NCBI GenBank assembly: GCA_964016885.1
Contig: OZ024749.1
Coordinates: 46,562,001-46,626,000 of the forward strand
Length of the DNA: 64,000 nucleotides
Direction: 5' to 3'
Origin: Eledone cirrhosa
Lineage: Eukaryota
The stretch's first letter is position 1. Every line of letters begins with the position of its first letter. Of the stretch, positions 15,819 through 29,473 are shown in pieces. The notes beneath the pieces are model-generated. The model ran no database searches. It had not been told where the DNA came from and was given only the letters and a program-made list of their open reading frames with translations. Both the position numbers and the translations under genes were made by a program.

Positions 15819-15900
15819 CACACACACACACATATATATATGTATATATATATATATTTATATATATAAACATAATCATATATATATATATACATATATA

Positions 15901-16449
15901 TAGATGAAAGGATTGGAAAAGGGAATACATACCGCCGTTAGAACATGTTTATACAAAAGCACCTTCGCACGTTTCGCCCGAACAGGGCTTCTCACGGGCA
16001 TACGAGTCTAGAGAGTGTTCAGTAGAGGTCCCAGAAGGGGTTTTACAGTGATAGTCACATCAAAGTACATTTTTGATTCAAAAAGACACGTTGTTATTGT
16101 CACCGAGCAAGGTGACAATAACAAAAATGAACTTTGATGTGGCTATCACTGTAAAACCCCTTCTGGGTCCTGTACTGAACACACTCTAGACTTGTATGCC
16201 CTTGAGAAGCCCTGTTCGGGCGAAACGTACGTAGGTGCTTTTGTATAAACATGTTCTACCGGTATGTATTCTCCTTTGTAATCTTTTCATTTGTAACCGC
16301 TCTGCTTATATTCTCGCCCGCTAAATATTAACGCTTCCGATATTTAACCTTGTAGGCACAAGTTTTGAGCACAAATGCACCAGCTTTTGTCAATTAACTA
16401 TATCTATCGCTTATCCCTTTCAACCTCTACTCTCTCACGATACGAAAAT

Positions 16450-16453
<4 letters not shown>
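15901..16453 (+). mobile_element. Fold-back element in (TA)n (~190-bp arms) with hammerhead motif (family C)
   Basis: Arms ~15901-16104 / 16111-16294, loop gagcaa, unique tail to 16453, (TA)n on both sides. Confidence 0.85.
16198..16238 (+). ncRNA. Minimal type I hammerhead, U3-A8 core variant
   Basis: gccc-TTGAGAA-gccc-tgttc-gggc-GAAA-cgtacg-TA-ggtgc: palindromic stem III, GUA site, short stem I. Mutated mirror copy on the minus strand at ~15959-15999. Confidence 0.7.
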
Positions 16454-16488
<35 letters not shown>

Positions 16489-16651
16489 ACATATAATTAT
16501 GTATTTATCCCGCAAAACTCATTACGAACTATATTATATGTTTGTATGTTAATACTAATATAACAATATACACATATATCATTGAATGTGCTGTCTCTCT
16601 CTGTATCTCCCTCTCTCTCTATATATATATATATATATACAGAGAGAGAAA

Positions 16652-16767
16652 AAGAAGAAGAAGAAGAAGAAGAAGAAGAAGAAGAAGAAGAAGAAGAAGA
16701 AGAAGAAGAAGAAGAAGAAGAAGAAGAAGAAGAAGAAGAAGAAGAAGAAGAAGAAGAAGAAGAAGAA
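16652..16767. repeat. Pure (GAA)n tract, ~38 units
   Basis: Direct reading; source of the poly-E/K/R/S ORFs. Confidence 0.95.
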
Positions 16768-19700
16768 ATATTGTTGAACGTAGCACCTCCTTTATATGTG
16801 CGTGTTCCTAAAATAGTTTTGTTGGAATTTTCACATTGTCTCTGGCTAAAGTAACCGGGATCTTTGAGTACCGTTTGGATCACAATTATATACAGAGCTC
16901 AATTCGATAATCTCAATCGTTGTGAGATAATAATTTTTTGTTTCAGATTCTCAGTGACATTTTGTCGCCCATGGTATGATTAGTTTTTGCATACGTAACT
17001 TTAATCATGGAACGTTGGTATTGCTTCCTGATTTTAGCTTCCGTTTCTAAATTGCAGAAGTAAAGGAATATAATCTTGCCATGCTATTTAGTAGATTTAT
17101 ACGATGCTGCATCTCTACCTGGCGTATAGCATTGACTTTGATGAGCTGATTCGCAAGATATGTTCGTTACATCCTTCCTTCTTGTCAATCAGTCACACAT
17201 TCTTATGTTCATTCTGTGGGAGGGGTGTAAGCAATCCATTGATAGGTTATGTAAGTCGTATCATTACACTCTCGGCAGACATTCTTAGTACTTATATCTA
17301 AGTTATTTACTATTCACAACAGTTGGCCTTGCAAATCTCGAGGCTTTTTGTACAATCATTGTATGTTATTTAGTTGTACCTTTAGCAATGTATGTTATTT
17401 GGAATACTCCAATGCTACTGTGTCTCTCCCAGATGATATTTGATTCTGTATGTCTCCAGATATTTTCTGCTAGTTTTCCCAATTGAAATTATCTTTTGAG
17501 AGACATGTGTGTAAAATACTCAGTTTGTAGCTCATGTTTGAGTTGTTATATCACCTACCAGATCCAAACACTTGGTGGTATAGCGGTTTATGCTGCGATA
17601 TATGGTTTGTATTGTTGCGTACATATTGTCGTTTGTATTGTTGCGTGCATATGTTTAAATGTTAGTTAATTAGAGATCTGAGAAGATTGTGCTATAATTG
17701 AAACCTTCTTGACTTGATACAACCGTGTTACTTTCAGCCATGATATATCAGGAAAATTCTATTCCCCATGTGTCATTTTATTTTGATATCACTGTTTTCG
17801 CTTTGAGAGAAAACGGCAAAGATCAATATTGGAGAACTACTGAATATGTTATTTGATTGCCATTTTATTCAGGATATGCTACCCTATATTCAAACGAAAC
17901 CATCCTGTGTTTCCGAAGTAGGCACGAGAATATCACTTAATTTTGATACAATAGGGTGTTGCAGATTTCACTCTCTATTGCGTATCTATTTGTGAATGTA
18001 AGTTTGAAACGAGGAGGCGTACTGAAGATAAAAAAATAGAATAATCCTACCATGCTTGGTTTTCCATTAAATTCTTCTACAGGCATACAGAGCATTTACT
18101 AATAGCATACTGATGTCGGCTGTAATCTTATTACACAGGTGCATGGCCCTTGCGCCATCGGAAAATCAATATCTCGTTTGGCAGTCGTTTCATTTGATTT
18201 TTAAATTATCTAAGACATTCGGTTTACGATGTGGTAATATGCTAGAAGAAGACATTGATTTATATCCTCCTACACTAAAAATATATATATAATCCGTCAG
18301 TTAAATATCTACTCCGTCTATTTCAATTTTAATTATACCGGTTTCAATACAATATTTGAAGGTGCCCTGATTTGAAAGGCTCCTGATGATGAAAGATTTA
18401 CAGGAGCTATATGAAAATTTATACGCATTTGCAGTCCCAATAACAATCTCACATATTCGGAAAGTATCATATATAAATTTCTCTGTCACACATTAATCAA
18501 TGTGGCATACCTATTCCACCGTTATTCGAATAAGCGGTTAAAACTTGATCCGTTATAAATCTTAGAAGACATCTACGCAGAAATAGTGGATGCTGAATTT
18601 GGGTAACAGGAAACGGTTTTATAGCATTGATTTAATGTCAGATAGCGATTAACTTGCTGACAGATTTACTACTCATAGCTTATTCTGCCTGTATTTACAA
18701 ATGAGATTGCCATCACCAATAAATGCACCCAACTCAGCGTAAAATATTCTGCTAAAATGTTTTACACATACGTTAAACATTCATTAGCGCAGACTTTAAA
18801 CACCTTATTACATTTTATAATAAAACCGTCAAATACTGTGTACTAGTTTCATTTCACAAATGTTTCATTCTGTAATGTTCATTCCTTACTTGCTGAGAAT
18901 ACCGTAGTTATTTAATGTAAGCCGTTTAAAGTGGTTTTTGACAATGCTTCAACCAATGTAAACGTACCGTAATACCTTATAAGAAATTGCGGTATTACCG
19001 AAAAACCTGTTTCCATGTAGCCAAAAATATGGTAAAAGGACATTCCTGATTGATGCTGGATACTCAGCAGAAATTAGGAATGTAGTAATGAGACAGGTCA
19101 GTGTGATTGTGAGTACAATTGATTTAGGTTGCGAAATTGTCTTTTCCTAAGACACGAAGACAGCAAATGTGTACCGAAACACTGCAAATCAATGAAATTA
19201 GTATAAATGTTACTTGTAAATATCACGTAAATTAATATGAGGTACATATAAATATTGAAGTGAATTACAATCGTCTCTATTGGACTAGTAGTGACAGTTT
19301 GTTGTTATTGTCATGGGGAGTATATTCCTTAATCGCAGATGATAAACATAAGCGTAATTATACGTTTAATAACAGAAAGGTCTTTGCGTTAGCGAAGGTA
19401 CCTAATAAAGCTATACTAATCAGAAGAAGCATCAATTGTTAAACATTCATGAATAACGTTTTGTTCTGATATGGTTCTTCTTTGCCAAAATACTGATATC
19501 GATTTTGTGGTGGAATTTGTTTCGAATACGATTATTTTGAATGAGTAAGATTCATAATCCATCTATAAAATAACTTAGTACACCAAATATTTTAGACCCT
19601 CTCTCCTGAAAAATACCTGACATACATGTGTGTGCCTATGCAATAATATAATCCCACTTTTGAGGACCTAATGTAATATGACCAGCAAGAGTAAAAGCTT

Positions 19701-20938
19701 AACAAACGGAACCTAAATATAGTATTTTCTTAATAGTTTTCTTGATATGTTTTCATTTATATTCTCATATGTTGGTCTATGTAGGACATAAACACAATAT
19801 AATGCAGCGAAATGGAATCGGATTGAATATTTATGTTGTCAAATGCTTCACAAACTGGGCGATTGTATTTAAATGTTCAGCCCATGCTCAAAGTTTTAAT
19901 CCAGAATGTAAATCGCCAGTTTTTCTCCAATCATCAAATAAAGAATGCATCTTCTAATTACTTTCACATCGCCCACATTAAAATGTAAATAATATTTTAT
20001 TTTATCAATTACTTGTTTTTAAAGGGACTGGGAATATTTGAATGAAAGATGCGAGGCATATGTGTGTATGATCGGTATGTGACCAACAATATAGTTTGTC
20101 ATTGATAGACAATGTTGATGTGGCAACACGTTATTTTAAATAGTGCATCTATTCATCTATCTGTGGATCTTCAGAATTTAGAAGAGATATGAAATCTGCA
20201 CTACTCTGATGGTGTATTAATAATTTGTAACGATCGATACTTAATTAAATCTACACCTTTGCTTAACTAATATATTTTACTGATATCTTAAAGATGAAAA
20301 GCAATCCCAAACTGAACGTGCCAGGATGAATAACACTACTCATTTTGTCCGACGCTGTAATGATTCTGACGATTACCTACACAAGGAATTTAATTAAAAC
20401 AGATACAAATTAATTCTAATGATGGCTAGTGAATGGGATATTGAGATAAAGGTTGAAATAAGCACATTTCTCGCAATGCTATCCAAAATATAATCTCATT
20501 ACTCCTGAATGATTTTATAAAGAATATATGTTTCAAATCTTATTTCTATTTTAAACTTAAATTAAATTCTTAATGAAATAGTAATTGAGAAAATTAATTA
20601 ATCATCAAATAATATATTAAATCCAGCTAATCGTTAAGCAACAGAAACATCTGCCGAAAGATTAATTTTGCAACAATAAATACAATCAAACTTTCTTGCT
20701 GATTGAGGTACTTAAGAGATTAGGAAGAATTGAGAAATACGTGCAACTTAGACAAATGGAAAGTTAATAATCCGTTGACGGAAATTAAATATGATAATAT
20801 TTTATGGATGAGATGGTCCTTATGTATTTACCTATTTGTAAATATATCAATGCAAATATTCATAAACAGAACGAACAGTAATAAGATCACACGCACACCG
20901 AGACGCGCACACTGTCATACATTCACACACGCGCAAAC

Positions 20939-21052
<114 letters not shown>

Positions 21053-21304
21053 GTGAGTGTTCAAACGTTTGTAACGGAATACGATTACATGCATTCGCAG
21101 GCATAAATAAATTCATGATGTAATATGTGCTGTAGTCGATTGATATGTGACAGGTAATTGGTTCTGTACATCTTATTGGGTAGTGTTCTGACCGTCTTTG
21201 TAATGTCAAACGCAATTTCTACTGTAAATTTAGACATGATATTCTGCATAGTAAGTAACAACCCAGATAATTCAACCTGTTATATAATTATTTGTTTTTA
21301 TAAG

Positions 21305-21404
21305 CTGAATGAGTTGGGGTGAATAACCCAACTAAACTGAAGTACCTGTATATGTCACGGTTGTAACTGATTATACTTAACTCGTCCGATGGACTGAGCG
21401 CTCT
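21305..21404 (+). mobile_element. Decayed hammerhead plus conserved downstream motif (old pLTR-like relic)
   Basis: CTGA(A)TGA-gttggg-gtgaataa-cccaac-TAAAC. 21378-21404 matches 56843-56869 at 22/27 nt. Confidence 0.5.
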
Positions 21405-21735
21405 CACGCTTGTTTATGTCTACCAACATTGTACTATTGTATACATACAAGATTTCCGGGCGATAATATAAGAAACGTGTAAAGAGAATGGAAACATTTG
21501 TTCTGGTTTAAAGATAGTTATAATTCATTTAAATATCGAGTTATGGTAACAATAGAAATGCGCTCAATTGCTTCTATATATCTCTATCAAACATTGTCTG
21601 GAAGGAATCATATGTATTCAGACCTGTTTAGATGATAAACTGCATTCAGTAAGTTTAAAGTAAAAACCAAAACTCTGTCCTTACGACTCTACTGGTTTTA
21701 AGGCTACACACATAAGCACACGCACATACATGCAA

Positions 21736-21826
<91 letters not shown>

Positions 21827-21830
<4 letters not shown>

Positions 21831-21852
21831 ATAATAATAATCTGTTATTTTA

Positions 21853-21883
<31 letters not shown>

Positions 21884-21908
21884 GTAATAATAATAATCTG
21901 TTATTTTA

Positions 21909-21913
<5 letters not shown>
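21827..21913. repeat. Duplicated ~30-bp insert in (TA)n related to family B
   Basis: agtaataataataatctgttattttaataaa x2. Its second half is the reverse complement of atttat(g/t)aaaataacagat of family B. Confidence 0.65.
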
Positions 21914-21946
<33 letters not shown>

Positions 21947-21949
<3 letters not shown>

Positions 21950-22023
21950 AAAAAGTATGACACCACTCTACTACCCTAAGTATTGAGTACCCTGGTGCTT
22001 TATGGTCTAACTGGTTCCTTCGT
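21947..22023 (+). mobile_element. Family A internally deleted copy in (TA)n
   Basis: Left terminus aggaaaaagtatgac joined directly to tail cactctactaccctaagta...ctggttccttcgt, as in 1311-1491. Confidence 0.75.
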
Positions 22024-22055
<32 letters not shown>

Positions 22056-22289
22056 ACTCTACTAGTATTAAGATGGACGTATATATTGATTGTAACTTTG
22101 ACATTATTTATTGCAAAACAGCAAGGTTAGAAATGATCGATATCACAACGTTGTTAAACTATATGATAAATATATGATGATATCAATGATAAAAATATCT
22201 CAATGTTTATATGAGTTTATCAATCTGTAAAATGCCGGACTGATTCCTGTACTGGTTCTGTATAGACTTATGTTATTTTCGTTTTCATT

Positions 22290-22510
22290 TATTGCCACCT
22301 ATGAGGCTGTGTCCACATATGTGCTTTGGAAGGCACAAGCAGTCACTAATAACAGGAGGCTCAAGCTCTTCTATCCCGATGTCATCTCCAGAGATTCTAG
22401 TATTGACATCCAGGACTTAGCAATACCAATGAACGACAGCCCCACGTGGATATCATTTGTTAAGCCCATTCGGGCTGAGGCCGCTGGATGATGATGATGC
22501 TTATGATGAT
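22290..22510 (+). mobile_element. 3' end of an RTE-clade LINE with (GAT)n tail
   Basis: EAVSTYVLWKAQAVTNNRRLKLFYPDVISRDSSIDIQDLAIPMNDSPTWISFV* fits the RTE C-terminal pattern LW...Y.D...D.....L...M.DR..W, followed directly by gatgatgat. Confidence 0.6.
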
Positions 22511-22949
22511 TGCATAAATTCTACTATGAACAAATGCTTAAGTTATTCAGCTTAGCCTCAACTTTCTTACGTTTCACCTAAGTTAGACATCTATATAGAA
22601 ATTACCTTACAATTTAATTTTTGCTTGCTATTTTTTTTTACCTTTTATAAGTATTTTTCTTATTTCATTCTGAAAGTTATTATTCCCCACCTGATAATGT
22701 TATACCTTCACACTCATTTCTCTATAAGTCTGCACTATTAATTTCATTAGTGAGAGAAAGTATTCAGAAAACTATTTACTCAATTGCCTCAAGTTGATTA
22801 ACTAATTTTATAGTCTTATTCATCAACAGTTTTACTAATTGCCTGACGCTCATTGTCTTTAATGATAGTGATATCGTATCTGACGTTGATGTTATTCTTG
22901 TTGCTACTACTGCTGTTATTATATTTGTAGTCTCTGCAAATAATGTTGA

Positions 22950-23520
22950 AGATCGTGATGATGATAATGATAATGATGGAGGTGGTTGTGGTGGTTATGT
23001 TAGTGATGTGATGCAGATGACGGTGGTGTTTATGCTAGTAGTGATGATGATAAGGCTGATGGTGGTGATTATGGTGATGATGATGATAATGATGAGGACG
23101 GTGGTGGTGATGATGGTGATGATTATGGTGATGATGATTACGATGATGATTTTTATGGTGGTAGAGGTGGTTGTGGTTGGTTAGGTTAATGATGATGATG
23201 CAGATGACGGACGGTGGTGTTTGTGGTGGTAGTGATGATGATAAAGATGATGGTGTTGATTACGGCGATGATGATGACGATGATGATGATGATCATAATG
23301 ATGACGGAGGTGGTGGTGGTGATGATGTTAAGGTGATGGTGGTGATTATTGTGATGATGATGATAATGATGAGGACGGTGGTAGTAATGATGGTGGTGAT
23401 TATGGTGATGATGATGATGATTACTATTATGGTGGTAGAGGTGGTGCTGGTGTTAGTGGTAATGACGGTAGTGATGATAATAAGGATGGTTGTGATGGTG
23501 ATGATCATTATGATGATGGT
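22950..23520. repeat. Degenerate (GAT/GGT)n tract with internal higher-order duplications
   Basis: gatgcagatgacgg..ggtgttt, ataatgatgaggacggtggt and tatggtggtagaggtggt each occur twice. Confidence 0.85.
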
Positions 23521-23697
23521 AATAATTGTTTCTACTTTAGGCACATGGCCAGCAATTACCCAGTGCATTACTGGTACTTTATTTTATCGACCCCGTAAGG
23601 ATGAAAGGCAAAGTTAACCTCGGCGGGATTTGAACTCAGAATGGCAAGGGCCGTAACTCTATGCGTCAACGCATGGCGTCCGACACTCTACCGGTAC
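23521..23697 (-). mobile_element. tRNA-derived SINE (family 1)
   Basis: Core ccagtgcattactggtactttattttatcgaccccgtaaggatgaaaggcaaagttaacctcggcgggatttgaactc. Confidence 0.9.
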
Positions 23698-24452
23698 GAT
23701 GTTAATAATGATGATGGTAATGATGATAATGGCGATAATTGTGATGATGGTGATGATGATGATGATATGTCTGATTGTGTTGCTTTTTTTTAATAGTTAT
23801 TATTGTAATTGCATGCACCCCTCCAATAGCAATTACATATGTTTTATATCATGATGTTGTTGTTGTTGTTGACAAACTACAGCATCTACCGCTACAACAC
23901 ATCATTATCATATACATTCTCCCCGTCTGTTGCTGATGCTGCAGGTAGTTCTGGTAATGCTGATGCTGAGCATGATGTAGTTGTTTTGTAGTTTGTGTTG
24001 CTGTTAGTGATGCCGTTTCGTTTAATCTATGTTTTTCTGTTGTTTTCCTGATCATATTGTTAGTGTTATCAGGCCAGTGAGTACAGTTAGGTGGCAAATT
24101 AATTTTACAGGAGTGATAAGAAAACAACAACATCGCCAGCAATATTATCATTAGTATCACACTCACAACAACCACTATCCACTTCATCAGTGGCAACTCC
24201 ATCATTATAGTCATTATTATCATCAACTTTATAAGAGTCATTATTATTATTATCATTATCAGCACTATTCGAATCAAGATACCTCCTGGTAAATTACGTT
24301 CAAAAAGAATTATGAAGGCGTATTCCATTCTAGCTTTGTGTTATTCTTTAAGTTTGTGTGGTGTCAGTGTGCGTTTTTTGTGTTTCCATGCACATTTCAG
24401 CATATGCCTGGTGCACATGTTTTCTTCTTATACACACACATGTACACAAATA

Positions 24453-24601
<149 letters not shown>

Positions 24602-26447
24602 GTATGTATATATATATATGTGTGTGTGTGTCGGTATATGTATGTATATATATACTTAGATACAACCGTTCATACCTATACATGCAGTTACACATACTTA
24701 CACACACATATATTTATACATATATATGTATGTGTATGTGTGTGTTTGTGTGTGAGTGTGTGGGTTTGTATATATAATAAAATATTGATATGTACGTATA
24801 TGTGTTTCTATGAATTAAACACATACATGATGTATCGTATAAAATCACATATTTTTTAGATGAGATAATTAGATATCGCTTGTGTACAGGGTAATGTTTA
24901 TTACCTTTGTTTGCTCCTCAATAAATACAAATAGATTTATAATACAAATAGATTTACAAATAGATTTACAATAGTTAATGCATGTGCTTTTATATATGAT
25001 TATATATCACACCAATTTGTTAGTTTATGCGTATCTATGTATGCAGTGCCTGTGCGTCTCTGTTTTTGTGTATGTATAAATGTTAAATCAAACACTAAAT
25101 AAAATAAAACATTTCCCAGATCGCGAATTTATATAAGAACAAAACTCAAATAAGTTATGTTTAGTAAGCTTCCTTAAAAGACCACATCTCCTATATTCCT
25201 TGAACATTTTCCCGTAACCCTCTTCAAAACTAAGATTTTGTTACAGATTTCAAATGACAAGTTAAATAAATGTTCATTTCACGTGACAATATTCTATCTG
25301 ACTCAATGTTTGTGAAGTATCTAAACACTATTTCAGATATACATTACTGTTGTCGTCGATGAAAGTTTTCTATAGGAGGAAAAGGGGACTTTGTTATATA
25401 TTTGCAAGACACCTAGCTGTCACTGTGCAGTTAATTCCTAAGACATAATATTTCTAGAAACAGGAATATGATTACTGCCGCTCTCAACTTTATCATCCCT
25501 ACCTTTATTACAATAGTTGTAAGTAAATTATCTTTAACTCTTGATACAGTTATTGGGACCACCATCAAGAGATGTTTTGAACGATTAATTATTACTTGGG
25601 GCAAACAATCACTCTACAGATTGTCAAAATACCCCAGGTTTACAGAGTAAAAGAATGATCCAAATCGATAGAAAAAGAAAAACCCAGTAATAAATGGATA
25701 ATTTATTTCTTTAATTTCGAAGATAAAAAGCAACGCTGACTGCGGTCGGATATGAACTGAGGGTGCCTTGAGTGGAAACAAATATCAACACAGTTTAAAG
25801 GCGATGCTCTACGATGTATTAATGCAATGTATATAGCATAATATGTAGTTCTCACATTATGATTGCAAGGTGAGATTTATGGAAGATTTGACAAATCTTT
25901 CTCGCAGATCAAGGAATATGTAGACGCAATGAGTGAACCCTCTACTTAAATTCTTAATCTTGTAGTAATGGCCAGCAATGTTTTGTCGAATCCTATACTA
26001 ATGTCATTTAATATTGAATAATTTACTATAATATACATTATATCTTCCCATCAAACAATAGATAGTATGATTATGGTTTGAACATTTTGATCACCGTTCT
26101 GCTCGAGCAGATCTGACATGGCGTTAAACAACAAAAGCAACAACAACAGAAGAATAGTGTATATGATCTGTCTTTGTCTCGTGATTGTCTAGTGATTAGG
26201 AAGCAAAGTTGTGTAAGAGGCATAGTCGAGTGATTTGCTCTCAGTAGATTGTCAGAAACATAAAAGCAATTTTCGTCTTGGCAGGAAGTAAATTCTATTA
26301 TAAAATGCAGACGTCTGGTGGTTAACTGTTATGGCGATCACAAGAAGTTATACTGTTTGAACATTCAACACTCAAATCTTTCTCTATCTCCCACTCTATC
26401 CCTCCCTCTGTTTCTCGTTCTTTCTCTATCTATATATATATATAGCA

Positions 26448-26529
<82 letters not shown>

Positions 26530-26795
26530 TAAAACATGTCTATAGAATCACAAGATAAAATATATACTATTTCCTCTCCCAATTAGCATAATTAACTATA
26601 TAAAAAATCGAATAGAACAGGCTATACGAATGAGGCTTCTATGAAGGAATATCCGACAAATACAGAAACTAGCGCTTCGCGTCGGCCGTAGCGGAATATT
26701 TATCGAATATTTCGACAGCGTAATCGCCTAGATACAGTCAACTAAACAGAATTAGGTTTAAAAGAAACTAGGAGAAAATAGAATACATTTAAATA

Positions 26796-26881
26796 CCTCT
26801 ACCATGATTTCGTCCGTGTTTTGAGTTTTCCAATAATTATGTAATAATTATATAAACTCGAGCGCCGGATTCTTCAGGAAG
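26796..26881 (-). ncRNA. Type I hammerhead with long stem II
   Basis: Minus strand: cttc-CTGAAGA-atccg..gagttt..ataatta-ttaca-taattat..aaactc..cggac-GAAA-tcatgg-TA-gagg. Stem I cttc/gagg, near-palindromic stem III, GUA site, A-C mismatch at the base of stem II. Confidence 0.7.
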
Positions 26882-26899
26882 CTCGCTCATATCTAGACA

Positions 26900-27200
26900 T
26901 TAAATTTTCCAAAGATAAAAAGGCCAACCAAGTCACATACGTCAGCACTGTCAACCGATCCCATGGAGACGTCGAACAGGTCTGAAGATGTAGACTTCTT
27001 TGCCCAGGCTATATATATATATATACTGGATAGAACTGGATAGAACTGGTCGTTCCGTATAGTCAACAATGATGTAATATTAGGAAAAGCACTCGACGTC
27101 ATGCAACTCGTCAATCTTCGATGTTGAATCTTGTTGATGGTGTGAGGACGGAATTAATTATTATTGAGTAACAAGCCATTCCTTGCCCATTGCAATGCAC
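26900..27200 (-). pseudogene. Penelope-like reverse transcriptase fragments
   Basis: AWAKKSTSSDLFDVSMGSVDSADVCDLVGLFI resembles the W.KK...FDVTMGS.DGAEVCELVGLFI motif of a PLE clade (Naiad/Chlamys-like, from memory). DQFYP upstream resembles RT motif A; a (TA)n separates the two. Confidence 0.7.
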
Positions 27201-27965
27201 ATTGCAGTGGTCATGTTTCGTAAAGATCCTGGTGATATCATTAGGCGTTAAATGCATAATAGTTACATAATAAAGGAATACTGATAAACACAATCCATGA
27301 GGGTAAACACGTACAGAGAAAATTGTTTTTGACCTGATTCGAAGGCGCTCAGGGCCAGTTGTCAGTTTGGCTGACCACATATATATATATATATGTATAC
27401 GTCATTCCAATGTATGTATGTATATATGCACTTACAAACACACCCACACACACACAACACACACGTATATATATATATATAATAATAATAATACTATTTA
27501 TAGTTATGTATCTACTATAAACAACTATAAACAGGAAAGGTCAGTAATTTTCTACTACCTTATTACCAGTAAGAGAAATAGCTCAACGTAAGAACATCAG
27601 TTGTTTTACAGAGCAGGAAAATAAATATGTACTGCTAATGTACTATTCCTCTCTCAATGCTTATTTCTCAATGACTCTTTAATTATTAGACTATTCTCTT
27701 GTATTATCTGTCGCATGTATTCCACTCTGTGCTTTTAATTTGAATTATTGTACAATTCTCGTATAATATATGTCGCATCTAGTACACCCTGTAAATACAA
27801 AACACTTGCTCACAACAACAATATATATGTATCTATATGATTGTTCAGTTGAATAGGAGGTCAATTATATGTACAAACATTGATAATGATTCGATGACTC
27901 CAAACGAATGTTTGGAAGAAACGATTGTCAGCTATTAAATGATTTGAATACAACTTTGGTAATTG

Positions 27966-28029
<64 letters not shown>

Positions 28030-28035
28030 ACATGT

Positions 28036-28071
28036 AATGTGGAAGAAGGCACACCGAAGCGCATCCACATT
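28036..28071 (+). ncRNA. Decayed minimal hammerhead next to (TA)n
   Basis: aatgtg-[ct missing]GAAGA-agg-caca-cc-GAAG-cgca-TC-cacatt: perfect 6-bp stem I around a mutated core. Confidence 0.45.
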
Positions 28072-28712
28072 GAGACGAACGCCTGTACACTCAGGTCTTT
28101 GTTTGTTTGTAGCTATGTACCTTAAGAAAACTAAAATCTATTTTTCCCACTAAATTCTTATGCTATATACAGAAACACACGTACATCAAATAAATTTAAA
28201 CAGAATTTCATTTGAATACTATTCTCTTATATATTTATCTTTGCATCTCTAATATAAAACCAGTCGTTTACTGGAATATTTTAATCAATATAATTCAACA
28301 CAAACTGTAAATATAAGAAACTATACGGGTTTCGTTATATATTGACATATATATACTACAAGCTTAACAAACAATAGACCGTCATCTCTCGCCATTTTTT
28401 GTCATTATAATTCGACAATAATTAACAATCAAAAGAAGCCTAACATATATAAACGTGCTCTATTATTAAGTTTTATTTGAGATCTAAAATACAGCTGCTC
28501 TAAATTGAGCGATTCATGAATTCAAGTGATTCTATATCTGTGTGTCATTTTAACAATTGAGATTTCGAGAATTTTGTGAATAGAAGCTGTAAAAATTCAT
28601 TGTTTAATTTACGATTTCTATTCCATAAAATATATTCACTGCTAACAACCTACTCAACAACAAACATTACTTCACGAAACAAATAGAACTCTTTTCATAT
28701 GTATATATGTTT

Positions 28713-28795
28713 ATACGAGGTGTGTCAGAAAAGTTACAGGTCTGAGGTCACAAACGATTTATTTCAAACCCAAACTTCACACTAAGACTTTTCTC
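28713..28795 (+). mobile_element. Possible mariner terminal fragment
   Basis: ta-cgaggtgtgtcagaaaagt resembles mariner TIR starts after a TA target; no partner TIR seen. Confidence 0.4.
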
Positions 28796-28796
28796 C

Positions 28797-28856
28797 AAAA
28801 TAAAGTACCAGTAATGCACTGGGTATTTGCTGGCCTTGTGCCTACAGTAGAAACAC

Positions 28857-28887
<31 letters not shown>
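28797..28887 (+). mobile_element. SINE family 1 3' fragment with expanded (ATT)n tail
   Basis: aaaataaagtaccagtaatgcactggg...gtagaaac followed by (att)n. Confidence 0.85.
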
Positions 28888-28888
<1 letters not shown>

Positions 28889-29447
28889 TGCATTTATCTT
28901 GCTTTATGTTCATACGAGTTATCACCAAGTCACAACCAGTGACCTCAAGAGACAACAAGGTCTGCCATGTTCAAGAAAGAAAATACATATTCACACATGC
29001 ATCCTTAGTGTTTAGACTTGTGATGTACTTATATTGACAGGATCTTCCTTAGTATATGGGCAGTTCCCATTAGCACTATCTTTTGTATTTCTCCTATACG
29101 CGGGTTTCCTGGGATCTGCGATAAGTAGTCGTTAGACCCCTTAGGTATCATTCCCAGAGCGCCTACAACCACTGGTATTGTTTTAGTTCTCAATTTCCAC
29201 ATTTTTCCAATTTCTATCTCCAGGTCCTTATACTTGCTCAATTTTTCAAATGTTTTTATAGATACATTCTTGTCTATTGGAACAGACATATCAATTAGCA
29301 GGCATACCCTCCTTTGAAAGTCCTTCAATATTATATCTGGTCTATTTGCATCTATTTTTCGGTCTGTTTGGATGCTAAAGTTCCACAAGATTGAGATATT
29401 ATCTTTTTCAAGTATGGGAGGTGGTTGATGCTCCCACCAATTCTTTT
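28888..29447 (-). mobile_element. 5'-truncated Dong/R4-like non-LTR retrotransposon, family A (restriction-like endonuclease plus 3'UTR)
   Basis: WWEHQP...ILWNFSIQTDRKIDANRPDIIL...LIDMSVP...EKLSKYKDL...IPVVVGALG is the RLE PD..D signature. Flanked by (TAA)n, the known Dong target. Confidence 0.9.
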
Positions 29448-29473
29448 TATTATTATTATTATTATTATTATTA

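Noticed and set aside
17100-19150. Possible ancient LINE RT remnants (SQEGF on the minus strand)
   Set aside because: Single short motif and no continuous frame.
23171-23617. Met/Val/Asp-rich ORF
   Set aside because: Translation of the (GAT/GGT)n tract running into a SINE.
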